DNA of 64,000 bases from a virus, in IMG/VR virus record IMGVR_UViG_3300034418_011550, positions 58,133-122,132 of that record. One strand, 5' to 3'. Made by a program: the position numbers and the translations under genes. The notes below the pieces were generated by a model that saw only the letters and a list, made by a program, of their open reading frames with translations, had not been told where the DNA came from and searched no databases. Every line of letters begins with the position of its first letter. Within the stretch, counting starts at the first letter, position 1. Below, one piece after another: positions 48,801 to 57,159 of this stretch.

Positions 48801-49501
48801 GTCAAGGAATAATAATACAAGGACCAACAGATTATGCTTCCCATATAGTAGATTCATATGAGGGAATAGATAATGTTGTTTGGTCAACTTGGATAGATGA
48901 ACCTTTAAGTAATATTGAATTAATTAAATCAAAAGGAATAGAAGTAGTACAAATTGATAAACCTACTATTGCAGGACATATAAATGTTAATTTTCAAACA
49001 TTAAGTACTTATTTTGGTATCAACCATTTAAAAAATAAAGGAGTAACTGAGGGATTAAAAGTAAGAGGAGATATGAAAATAAATAATCCTAAGTTACTTT
49101 TAGAAGTAATAAAAGGAAAGAAAATATCTTTTTTATCTATATGTAAACCTAATATTAGACCTTTATATTATGAATTAGTTTACCAACATACAAGTTTTGA
49201 CTTCCCAGGAGATTTAGTTTTGTATGGTAGTTTGGATGAGTTAGAAAAATGTTTTAACTTCCAGGTTGAAGATAATAATCCTATTCCTCCTGAGGCATTA
49301 ATTGCTTATAGTTATTTAACACAATCAAATATAGAATTTAATTTTGACTATGACCATTTTATTAATTCAGGTATTAGTTTCTTTGCTCAAGAATGTTTAG
49401 ATAATAATATAGAAATTGATTGGTTAAAGCGAAGTAATGAAGAACCGTTTTGGAAAAATATATTAAACCACTCAGCAGATAAAACTTTATATAATTATTA
49501 A
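48797..49501 (+). CDS. Hypothetical surface-glycan synthesis protein (WavE-like)
   Basis: GIIIQG, VVWSTW, KVRGD pattern; context. Confidence 0.4.
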   Translation: MSQGIIIQGPTDYASHIVDSYEGIDNVVWSTWIDEPLSNIELIKSKGIEVVQIDKPTIAGHINVNFQTLSTYFGINHLKNKGVTEGLKVRGDMKINNPKLLLEVIKGKKISFLSICKPNIRPLYYELVYQHTSFDFPGDLVLYGSLDELEKCFNFQVEDNNPIPPEALIAYSYLTQSNIEFNFDYDHFINSGISFFAQECLDNNIEIDWLKRSNEEPFWKNILNHSADKTLYNY

Positions 49502-49502
49502 A

Positions 49503-50417
49503 ATGATATCATTAATTATACCCACTAATAAAACTAACTCTAATTATACAAAATACCTTGTAAATAATATTAGGGAAATTTATCCTGATGAAAATCAAGT
49601 AGAAGTAATTGTATCTGAAGATGATACAGTGACTATGGGAATAAATTATAATAATGCTGTTGCTAAAGCTAAAGGTGAAAAAATTATTCTACTCCATAAC
49701 GACATGGTTATTAAACCTGGTTTTGTAGAACAAATGGATAAAGACATCACTAAAGGTAGAATTACAGCATACACCAGAATTGAACCTCCTATCTACCCAG
49801 ATACATTTCCTGGTAAAATGATTTTGGATTGTGGAACTGATTTAGATAATTTTAATTATCAAAAGTTTTTAGATTTTAAAATTGAAGACACTACTTTACT
49901 TGATGGTGGTGCCCAAATGTTTTTTGGTTGTATGAAAGAGGATTACTTAGGTATTGATGGAGTTACTTTTCAATTGTTTTGTGAAGATGATGATCTACAT
50001 TTAAGACATAACATAGCTGGTTATGAACAAAAAGTTAGCTCAGCTCATGTTTATCATTTTGTTAGTAAATCATCTCGAGTAGGAAACTATCAAGAAATTG
50101 AACAACAATCAAATTATAATTTTGTTAAAAAATGGGGTTTTAGAAGATCTCATTACAATGTTGTGTATAATAAAAAATATGTTATTAAAAACACTAATAG
50201 TAAGTTAGATGAAACTTTAAAATGGTGGTTTAATGATGGAGAGGATATTATTGTTGAAGTTGATGGAAATACATTCACTAATCAAGATTATAATTATATC
50301 ACTCAACTAAATGATATTATAAAAGAAACAAATGAAATAGGAACTTTCCAAATTGGAAATCTTAAAATAACAATAAACAGTTTAGAAGAACAACAGAACA
50401 AACTAATTAGATTATGA
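49503..50417 (+). CDS. GT2-like glycosyltransferase
   Basis: ISLIIPT, LLHNDM, CEDDD, VYHFVSKS. Confidence 0.8.
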   Translation: MISLIIPTNKTNSNYTKYLVNNIREIYPDENQVEVIVSEDDTVTMGINYNNAVAKAKGEKIILLHNDMVIKPGFVEQMDKDITKGRITAYTRIEPPIYPDTFPGKMILDCGTDLDNFNYQKFLDFKIEDTTLLDGGAQMFFGCMKEDYLGIDGVTFQLFCEDDDLHLRHNIAGYEQKVSSAHVYHFVSKSSRVGNYQEIEQQSNYNFVKKWGFRRSHYNVVYNKKYVIKNTNSKLDETLKWWFNDGEDIIVEVDGNTFTNQDYNYITQLNDIIKETNEIGTFQIGNLKITINSLEEQQNKLIRL

Positions 50418-50572
50418 TATTCGGATTTTATAACAGAAACGACAAAATGGAAGAAATCATTTCTCGCTCAGTAGGAACATCTAGATTAGAAGCAGCTAAA
50501 AAATTCGCTGCTCGTAAACAATTATCTTTAAAAGAATTTTTAAAAATATTTGGAGTAAAAACAATAATATGA
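50414..50572 (+). CDS. Small hypothetical protein (52 aa, not in ORF track)
   Basis: MIFGFYNRND...AAKKFAARKQLSLKEFLKIFGV; overlaps both neighbours. Confidence 0.45.
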   Translation: MIFGFYNRNDKMEEIISRSVGTSRLEAAKKFAARKQLSLKEFLKIFGVKTII

Positions 50573-50967
50573 TTAATATGAAAGGTTTTGGAAAAAATTT
50601 AAATTTAAAACTACGTAGTGAAGATAAATCTTTTGGTAACAATAAAAAGACATTTATCAAACTAGTAGAAACTTTTGAACAACTAGTACAGCGTACTTAC
50701 CATCTAGAAGAAGAAACAGGTATTATAATGGAACGTTATGAGGAACCTTTCTTTATATTAATTGAAAGTTTATTTTACTTGAATTATGAGGATTGGAAGG
50801 CTGAATTAATTATGTGGTACGCTTATGATCGTTATGATGAAGATGGAGAAATACTTCCTCTTAGTTTGACAGATATTGAAACTGAAACAGAGGAAGAAGT
50901 CTTTATAAAAACACCAGGTGAACTATATGACCTATTTAAACGTATAGACAAAAAAGGAAAAAAATAA
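50569..50967 (+). CDS. Hypothetical protein
   Basis: ORF track. Confidence 0.5.
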   Translation: MINMKGFGKNLNLKLRSEDKSFGNNKKTFIKLVETFEQLVQRTYHLEEETGIIMERYEEPFFILIESLFYLNYEDWKAELIMWYAYDRYDEDGEILPLSLTDIETETEEEVFIKTPGELYDLFKRIDKKGKK

Positions 50968-50986
50968 AAGTTATATATTTAGAGTT

Positions 50987-51283
50987 ATGAAATGTATTAA
51001 ATGTGGAGAGATCATTCCTGAAGGAAGATTAAAAGCAATGCCTGGAGCAAAAACATGCATTACTTGTTCAAATGTTAAAATGAAAGGTGTAGTAACAGTA
51101 ATGAAAGGTGAGGGTGACCACACCTGGATTGAAACTATTCATTTAGAACATGACGAGCATAGAAAATATATGGAAGCTGAAAATAAACTTCGTAAAGGAG
51201 GACAAACATCATTTGATCCATCAGATGATGAAAAAGGGGTTCCATATGGTTTTAATGAAACAAAGTTAAAAAAAGAAGAATAG
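50987..51283 (+). CDS. TraR/DksA-type C4 zinc-finger protein
   Basis: CIKCGEIIPEGRLKAMPGAKTCITC. Confidence 0.75.
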   Translation: MKCIKCGEIIPEGRLKAMPGAKTCITCSNVKMKGVVTVMKGEGDHTWIETIHLEHDEHRKYMEAENKLRKGGQTSFDPSDDEKGVPYGFNETKLKKEE

Positions 51284-51924
51284 TGCCTAAAGCTAGACCA
51301 CTTACTAAAGAGGAAATTCTAGCAGCTATGTCTAAAACAAAATCAGTACGTAGCGCTGCTAGATATCTAAACTGTTCTTATCAACATCTTAAAAAATGGA
51401 TGAAGTTATATGAGGGTAGTAATGGTAAGAGTCTATTTGAGGAACATAAAAACCAATCTGGTAAAGGCATTCCTAAATTTTTAAGTCATTCTCCCTTTGG
51501 TAAAAAAGAACCTGCTATTTTAGATATTGTTAATGGAGTAGTAGACCCATCTAATTTTAATCCTCAAAAAATAAAATATAGATTAATTGAAGGGGGTTAT
51601 TTAAAAGAAGAATGTTACTCTTGTGGGTTCCATGAAAGAAGAGTATTAGATTATAAAATGCCTTTAATACTCCATTTTAAAAATGGTAACAAGCAGCATT
51701 ATAGACTAGATAATTTAGAGATGCTATGTTATAATTGCTATTACCTTTCAGTTGGAGATTTATTTACTGATAAACAAGTTGAGATAATGGAAGACCATGT
51801 ACCAAGTAAAGAAAAAGAACCAGATTGGGAGGTAGATGATTATACTCAACAACGTTTAAAAGAATTAGGTTTATATGATTCTAAACCAGATGATGATCCT
51901 TATGATTTAGTATCTAAACTTTAA
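51283..51924 (+). CDS. HTH plus HNH-like endonuclease
   Basis: SVRSAARYL..SY HTH; CYSCG...LHFKNGNKQHYRLDNLEMLCYNCY. Confidence 0.65.
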   Translation: MPKARPLTKEEILAAMSKTKSVRSAARYLNCSYQHLKKWMKLYEGSNGKSLFEEHKNQSGKGIPKFLSHSPFGKKEPAILDIVNGVVDPSNFNPQKIKYRLIEGGYLKEECYSCGFHERRVLDYKMPLILHFKNGNKQHYRLDNLEMLCYNCYYLSVGDLFTDKQVEIMEDHVPSKEKEPDWEVDDYTQQRLKELGLYDSKPDDDPYDLVSKL

Positions 51925-51936
51925 ATATTTATAACA

Positions 51937-52095
51937 GTGAGTAAGAAGAAGAAACATGATAAGTTGGTCAAGGATTATGACAAGCAGAAAGAGAAACATC
52001 TTGAGAAATTAGCTACTAAAAAGTTAAAAGATCAAGATAAAATAGACCACTTACGAACAAAATATATTGATACAGATTTTTTAAATTTATTCTAA
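51937..52095 (+). CDS. Small basic hypothetical protein (GTG start, not in ORF track)
   Basis: MSKKKKHDKLVKDY...FLNLF*; follows ATATTTATA. Confidence 0.4.
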   Translation: MSKKKKHDKLVKDYDKQKEKHLEKLATKKLKDQDKIDHLRTKYIDTDFLNLF

Positions 52096-52097
52096 TT

Positions 52098-52403
52098 ATG
52101 GCAGGCGAGATAACAGTCAACAATCAAGATGAGTTTCAAGAGATGATTGACAGAAAAGACTTTAGAATAGCTAAAGCAATTGTTGAATCTATTCTAGAAA
52201 ACATGGACAATAAAAAACGTAATGTTCATATATTAACAGTAGCCTGTGTTGAAGATAGTGCTATTTATGATTTAACCTTAGATAGAAAATTCTTTTCAGA
52301 CACATTAGAAGAGAATTTAAGGTATTTCATTGAACAGGAACGTTATGAGGAATGTCAAAAAATAGTAGAAGCTATAGATAAGTTAAAAAAGAAAAAATCT
52401 TAA
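52098..52403 (+). CDS. Hypothetical protein
   Basis: ORF track; C-terminal EQERYEEC. Confidence 0.5.
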   Translation: MAGEITVNNQDEFQEMIDRKDFRIAKAIVESILENMDNKKRNVHILTVACVEDSAIYDLTLDRKFFSDTLEENLRYFIEQERYEECQKIVEAIDKLKKKKS

Positions 52404-52452
52404 TTTGGCCTCATAATTTATTGATGTTATTTTAATAACAAAAATAAAAGTT

Positions 52453-53025
52453 ATGTTTTACAAGTTTGATAAAGAACAACTAGTGTTCAAAAAAGACTAC
52501 AAAAAATTAAGCAAAATTTTATTGTTCTTCATAGTATTATTACTATGTACTTTTGCTATAGGACGTTACATGCAATTCAAAGCATTAGACAAGTATGAGA
52601 AACAATTAATTGTACTTAATCTAGAAAAAGAAAAAAACAAATTCACTGAGGAAAAATTTATTGAACTAATTAAAGAACTTAATATGAAATTTCCCCATAT
52701 TGTTTATGCACAAGCCCGAATTGAATCTGGTAATTTCAAATCAGCAGTTTTCAAACAAAACTCAAATTTATTCGGTATGAGAGAAGCTAGAGTACGAGTT
52801 AATACAGCTAGAGGAACTAATCTTAATCACGCCTACTACGATAATTGGAAAGAATCAGTTTATGACTATGCTTTTTATCAATGCCGTTATATGAGTAATG
52901 CCGATACTGAGGCTGAATATTATGCCGCGTTGGATGCTTCATACGCTGAAGTAGGAGGTAGTTACTCAAAAGCATTAAAAAGTTTAATTAATAGAGAAAA
53001 CGTTAAAAATAAATTTAAAAAATAA
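52453..53025 (+). CDS. Membrane-anchored glucosaminidase (GH73/FlgJ-like) peptidoglycan hydrolase
   Basis: N-terminal TM helix; AQARIESG, NLFG, Y..W..SV.DY. Confidence 0.7.
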   Translation: MFYKFDKEQLVFKKDYKKLSKILLFFIVLLLCTFAIGRYMQFKALDKYEKQLIVLNLEKEKNKFTEEKFIELIKELNMKFPHIVYAQARIESGNFKSAVFKQNSNLFGMREARVRVNTARGTNLNHAYYDNWKESVYDYAFYQCRYMSNADTEAEYYAALDASYAEVGGSYSKALKSLINRENVKNKFKK

Positions 53026-53042
53026 GCCATGTATGTATTAGC

Positions 53043-53195
53043 ATGGCAGCTAAGAAAAAAACATCATCAATAAGTGCTTCATTATCTTATAAAGAAAAAC
53101 CTAAGAGAAGAAGAAAAGGAATCCATGCTAAAACTAAGACCAGTAAAACAAAAACTAGTAAAAATTATATTAAATTATCAGTTGGTCAAGGTTAA
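53043..53195 (+). CDS. Small Lys/Arg/Ser-rich protein (50 aa, not in ORF track)
   Basis: MAAKKKTSSIS...KPKRRRKGIHAKTKTSKTKTSKNY. Confidence 0.45.
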   Translation: MAAKKKTSSISASLSYKEKPKRRRKGIHAKTKTSKTKTSKNYIKLSVGQG

Positions 53196-53224
53196 TAGTA
53201 AAGTTTTATAAAAATTAAAAAGTA

Positions 53225-53371
53225 ATGAGTAAATCAAGTAATCAACAAAAACTATCAGTTTTGAATGTATGGTTGGAAGACAACAAGAAAAACAACAAGT
53301 ACAGGAAACAACAGAAAAAACAACCTAAATGGCTTACACAAGCCCTTAAGGACTTAGATGATGAAGATTAA
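53225..53371 (+). CDS. Small hypothetical protein (48 aa, not in ORF track)
   Basis: MSKSSNQQKLSVLNVWL...DDED*. Confidence 0.35.
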   Translation: MSKSSNQQKLSVLNVWLEDNKKNNKYRKQQKKQPKWLTQALKDLDDED

Positions 53372-53555
53372 TGGAACAACTATAGAGTTCTTTGAAAGTC
53401 TCCCTGATGAATTATTAGTAAAAATAGCTCAATATGATTGGGAAGCTTTAGAAAGATTGTGTGTTGCTCTTACTTTAGATTTGGAATTGCTTAGGCAAGA
53501 ACAAGAATATTTTAAGGAACGATTGAAGGAGGTCAAAAAGAATTTGGCCTCCTAA
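53358..53555 (+). CDS. Hypothetical protein
   Basis: ORF track. Confidence 0.4.
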   Translation: MMKINGTTIEFFESLPDELLVKIAQYDWEALERLCVALTLDLELLRQEQEYFKERLKEVKKNLAS

Positions 53556-53589
53556 ATACCTTTACTTATATTTAGGTATAATAAAGGTT

Positions 53590-54072
53590 ATGGCATTACA
53601 TAAGGTAATAGAAAAACACAAAGTAAACATTTTAGGTCAAGAAATAAAATATACAAATAAGTATATTACCTACACTGAAGGTACTATTCGTAGCTTCAAA
53701 CCAACTTCCAGCATGTACAGTTGTTCTGGTAGTTTATTTAAGTATGAGTTTGAACATGAATATATGTCTCCCGCTTTGTTTACTAATAATAAAGGTGAGA
53801 AATTTATTGTTCCAAGTTGGCAAAAAGTTCATCCTAAAACTACTTTAAAAGATATTGAAGTAATTAGACCAACTAAAAAAGTTGAGGACAAAGTTGAAAA
53901 AGGTACTTGGAAATTTGAATCATCAAGTGAACCAGGACATTTTTATGTTGTTCGTCAAACTGGTTTAAAATTTACTTGTAATTGTAGTGGTTTTTTTAGA
54001 GTAAAAGATAAATTAAAAGGTTGCAAACATATTCAAGAAGCTAGAAAACAATCTCAAAATGATAAAAACTAA
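53590..54072 (+). CDS. SWIM zinc-finger protein
   Basis: FTCNCSGF...CKH; follows the promoter at 53544. Confidence 0.6.
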   Translation: MALHKVIEKHKVNILGQEIKYTNKYITYTEGTIRSFKPTSSMYSCSGSLFKYEFEHEYMSPALFTNNKGEKFIVPSWQKVHPKTTLKDIEVIRPTKKVEDKVEKGTWKFESSSEPGHFYVVRQTGLKFTCNCSGFFRVKDKLKGCKHIQEARKQSQNDKN

Positions 54073-54274
54073 AAAACAACCAAATCATATTGAAATTGAT
54101 TTAACAGGCCCACAAGGTAATGCTTACTTCTTATTAGGTACTGCTAAAAAATTATGTTCCCAATTAGGTTTAGATTGGAAAGTAATAAAAACACAAATGA
54201 CTGAAGCTGATTATGAATGGTTAGTTCAAACATTTGATTATCATTTTGGAGATTTTGTAATATTATATAGATAA
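54059..54274 (+). CDS. Hypothetical protein
   Basis: IDLTGPQGNAYFLLG. Confidence 0.55.
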   Translation: MIKTKKQPNHIEIDLTGPQGNAYFLLGTAKKLCSQLGLDWKVIKTQMTEADYEWLVQTFDYHFGDFVILYR

Positions 54275-54498
54275 TGGCTAGACAAAAATTATATGTAGAT
54301 GAACCTGTAACAGTTGTGTTTAAAACTTCTAACAGGTCAAACGCTCAAACAAAAATTAAAACATTTAAAAATCGTAACATTGATGAAGTGATTGATCCTA
54401 AAATTAAACTACCAGGCATACCAGAAACAGCTGTATTTCTTGAAGTAGGTTTAGGAGAAAGTTTTATTGAAAAATATAAATTAAAATATAAACTGTAA
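54274..54498 (+). CDS. Hypothetical protein
   Basis: ORF track. Confidence 0.5.
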   Translation: MARQKLYVDEPVTVVFKTSNRSNAQTKIKTFKNRNIDEVIDPKIKLPGIPETAVFLEVGLGESFIEKYKLKYKL

Positions 54499-54510
54499 TA
54501 TTTATAACAT

Positions 54511-54987
54511 ATGGCAACTAGAGGACAAATAGCTTATTTAGCAGATCCAAATACAATATTTTCAATCTACAATCATTATGATGCTTATCCTCAATCTTTA
54601 GGTAAAGCATTAGAAAATCACTATAACACAGATACAGAAGTTGAGAATTTAATAATGGGTGGTAATGATATTGGATTTATTGATGATGATGGGATGGTAG
54701 ATCGTTTTGATAACGGTGGAGCTAAAATAATTAAAGGAGACGAACCTGAAAGTCTATTCAATAATCTTTATGACCACTCAGATAGCGCCGCCGCTGATTA
54801 TGTTTATGTTTGGTTAGAAGATAAATGGATTACTCTTCCAATAAATAAAGGCAGACAATACTTTGTAAGCACTTTACTTGATCAAATTAGAAAAGTAGAA
54901 CCAACTATGGAAGCTGATGATGCTAAAACTGAATTAGATGAAATATTTGTTCATCAAATGAAGTATAAAGCTGGTATTATAAAATAA
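54511..54987 (+). CDS. Hypothetical protein
   Basis: MATRGQI...IYNHYDAYP..LG..L..HY. Confidence 0.55.
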   Translation: MATRGQIAYLADPNTIFSIYNHYDAYPQSLGKALENHYNTDTEVENLIMGGNDIGFIDDDGMVDRFDNGGAKIIKGDEPESLFNNLYDHSDSAAADYVYVWLEDKWITLPINKGRQYFVSTLLDQIRKVEPTMEADDAKTELDEIFVHQMKYKAGIIK

Positions 54988-54997
54988 ATAAATAAAA

Positions 54998-55222
54998 ATG
55001 GATAATTTTGATTTAAAAAAATACTTAGTAGAAAATAAACTAAACGAAGGTAGATACACCGATGAAGGGTATGTACAAATGATGGGTCCTGAATTTGCTG
55101 ACGCTGTAAAAATGATTGAAAAGGCTTGGTTTGAATGGAAAAGTGCTCCTATGACTAATCCTAAAATGAAAATACCTGCTAAACAAGACCTATTGAATTA
55201 CTTTGATATGATCTTAGATTAA
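54998..55222 (+). CDS. Hypothetical protein
   Basis: Starts MDNFDLKKYLVENKL. Confidence 0.5.
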   Translation: MDNFDLKKYLVENKLNEGRYTDEGYVQMMGPEFADAVKMIEKAWFEWKSAPMTNPKMKIPAKQDLLNYFDMILD

Positions 55223-55294
55223 TATTATTTAGAATTATTCTAAATGAAAAAGGGATTTGGCTTTGCCGGATCCCTTTCATATATTTATACCATA

Positions 55295-55435
55295 ATGAAA
55301 GAGGATAATTTTAATGGTTTGAGTAAAGGACAAGTGAAACAAATTATTAGGCGTAATATGATTACTAAAATTAAGCCTAGTAAAAAAGTTTACTCAAGAA
55401 AGTCTTTTAAAAGAGGTTTGGCCTCTCAAGATTGA
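55295..55435 (+). CDS. Small basic hypothetical protein (start reassigned)
   Basis: ATG downstream of the promoter at 55257-55285. Confidence 0.4.
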   Translation: MKEDNFNGLSKGQVKQIIRRNMITKIKPSKKVYSRKSFKRGLASQD

Positions 55436-55464
55436 TTCATTATATTTATATTATAATAAAGGTT

Positions 55465-55629
55465 ATGAGATATATTTTGAAAGTTAATTGCGGTAATGGC
55501 CAGATTGAGAATATATGGTCTGGTAATGAAATGAGCGAGGCCATCCGATTGGAGGCTATTGCCATCAAGCATTGGGGTAAAGACAATGTTTGGATATGTG
55601 ATTGTGTAATGGAAATGTTAGTAGGTTAA
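55465..55629 (+). CDS. Small hypothetical protein (start reassigned)
   Basis: AAAGGTTATG start downstream of the promoter at 55418-55446. Confidence 0.45.
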   Translation: MRYILKVNCGNGQIENIWSGNEMSEAIRLEAIAIKHWGKDNVWICDCVMEMLVG

Positions 55630-55642
55630 TTAAATAAAGGTT

Positions 55643-55960
55643 ATGATAGAAAATAAAGAAATATTTCAAGAGTTGTTCAATGTGTTAGAGTCAAATAATA
55701 TTGATATTGAACGTGAAACTAATTATGAAAATAGTGTTTGGTCATTGTTAAATTCACCTGATGTTAGAGAAGGTTGGTACAATGGTGTAGAAGGGTTTTA
55801 TTTCAATAAATCCGATTATGGTTTCTTTGATCAAGAACAAGTTAAAGCATTATTCCCAATCCAAATCCAAGACAAAACAATTGAATTGGTTGATGTTTCT
55901 GATATGGAAGTAGATGATGACCGTATGTGGAAATCAAGTATTAGTTTTATTATTAAATAA
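55643..55960 (+). CDS. Hypothetical protein
   Basis: AAAGGTTATG start. Confidence 0.5.
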   Translation: MIENKEIFQELFNVLESNNIDIERETNYENSVWSLLNSPDVREGWYNGVEGFYFNKSDYGFFDQEQVKALFPIQIQDKTIELVDVSDMEVDDDRMWKSSISFIIK

Positions 55961-55963
55961 GTT

Positions 55964-56188
55964 ATGAAAAAAACAAATGTTATAACACCTATGTGGCTAC
56001 AATGCCAAGATGTTCTTAAGTCAGGAGATTTAGAAACGGCAGATGAGAAATTGATGAAATTGATTTTTAAACTAGCAGATTATACTATCAATGGTTATAA
56101 AGATGCTGATAAAATTGAAGGTGTAAAACTTGAAACATGGAAAGAACGAGCATGGTATGCTCTTGAGAATGCTGGTTTAATGGATTAA
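55964..56188 (+). CDS. Hypothetical protein
   Basis: AAGTTATG start. Confidence 0.5.
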   Translation: MKKTNVITPMWLQCQDVLKSGDLETADEKLMKLIFKLADYTINGYKDADKIEGVKLETWKERAWYALENAGLMD

Positions 56189-56189
56189 T

Positions 56190-56510
56190 ATGGCAGAGAA
56201 AAGAGGTCAAACAGAACAACTAAAGTATGATTTTAATACTGCTCGTGCTTCATATATTAGAATGAAAGCAATGGGTAAGTGGTCTAGAGTAAGTTGTAGA
56301 GAGTTTAGGTCATATTGTGGTGAGCGAAGTCTTTATTTAAAAGATGAGGAAACAGGAGAGTATGATTATGTACCTTATGAAGGTCCTATTTACTATTATA
56401 ACTCAAATAAAATATGTAAGGAACCAATTGAGGAACAAATTCAATATCTTCAAGACTCCCCTCGCCAAGTATTCGCAAGACCTCATGAAAAATACTTACT
56501 TAACACCTAA
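56190..56510 (+). CDS. Hypothetical protein
   Basis: ORF track. Confidence 0.5.
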   Translation: MAEKRGQTEQLKYDFNTARASYIRMKAMGKWSRVSCREFRSYCGERSLYLKDEETGEYDYVPYEGPIYYYNSNKICKEPIEEQIQYLQDSPRQVFARPHEKYLLNT

Positions 56511-56527
56511 TGGGAATATTTATTTAT

Positions 56528-56713
56528 ATGACTAATGAGGAGTTAATTGAAGAATTATATTACAAAGCTCATACAAAGGGTTTCTTTAATGAGTTACATG
56601 AAAAAGTAAATGAATTAAAAACAAAAAATACATTTAAGTGTAGACATGAAATGGTCAAAACAGCTTATGATGAAATAAAAAAACTAAAGCTTGCTCGACC
56701 ATCCCACACCTAA
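56528..56713 (+). CDS. Small hypothetical protein (start reassigned)
   Basis: MTNEELIEELYYKAH; follows ATATTTAT. Confidence 0.45.
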   Translation: MTNEELIEELYYKAHTKGFFNELHEKVNELKTKNTFKCRHEMVKTAYDEIKKLKLARPSHT

Positions 56714-56784
56714 CCCTACGTATATACAAATTAAATTTGGCCCCACAAAAGTAAATACATATATTAAAAATAAAAGTTATAAAA

Positions 56785-57144
56785 ATGTTTAGTTACAACT
56801 TGAGTGACACAGAGTGTCTATTATTTAATCCTATTCCAAATGGTTTTGAGTTATATAGCTCGGCTGAAGGTTTTAACGAGAAAAAGAAAGTGGCAGTTTA
56901 CAAGGCTGGAAAATGGTTGTTTGAAAACTTTTCACAACAAAGTACATTTTGGCAATTATTCAGTATGTACAGAAACAGCTTTGGTAAAGCGTTTAAGGCC
57001 TATCATAGGTCATTAAAAGAAAAACCAGCCATGTATGAGTTTCAGTGCGTACGTAGGAGATTTTCAATCCAAGTAACGAAAGCGAAACGTGGGTGGTGGC
57101 AATGGATGTATAATACTTTTTACGAAAACAAATATAGATTTTAA
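56785..57144 (+). CDS. Hypothetical protein
   Basis: Follows the promoter at 56737. Confidence 0.5.
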   Translation: MFSYNLSDTECLLFNPIPNGFELYSSAEGFNEKKKVAVYKAGKWLFENFSQQSTFWQLFSMYRNSFGKAFKAYHRSLKEKPAMYEFQCVRRRFSIQVTKAKRGWWQWMYNTFYENKYRF

Positions 57145-57159
57145 AATAAAAAACAAAAT

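Larger units (their letters stand above)
6428..56523 (+). promoter_or_regulatory. Second dispersed motif ATATTTAT(A) just upstream of starts, without the TTGG element (candidate late promoter)
   Basis: Copies at 6428, 15109, 22589, 28234, 30044, 36656, 51925, 54498 and 56516. Confidence 0.55.

Noticed and set aside
31084-50417. Host chromosomal DNA or a chimeric contig (groEL, LPS-like genes)
   Set aside because: The genes are interleaved with T4-like clamp/clamp-loader genes, share the same strand, overlaps and start context, and no ribosomal or other cellular core genes appear.
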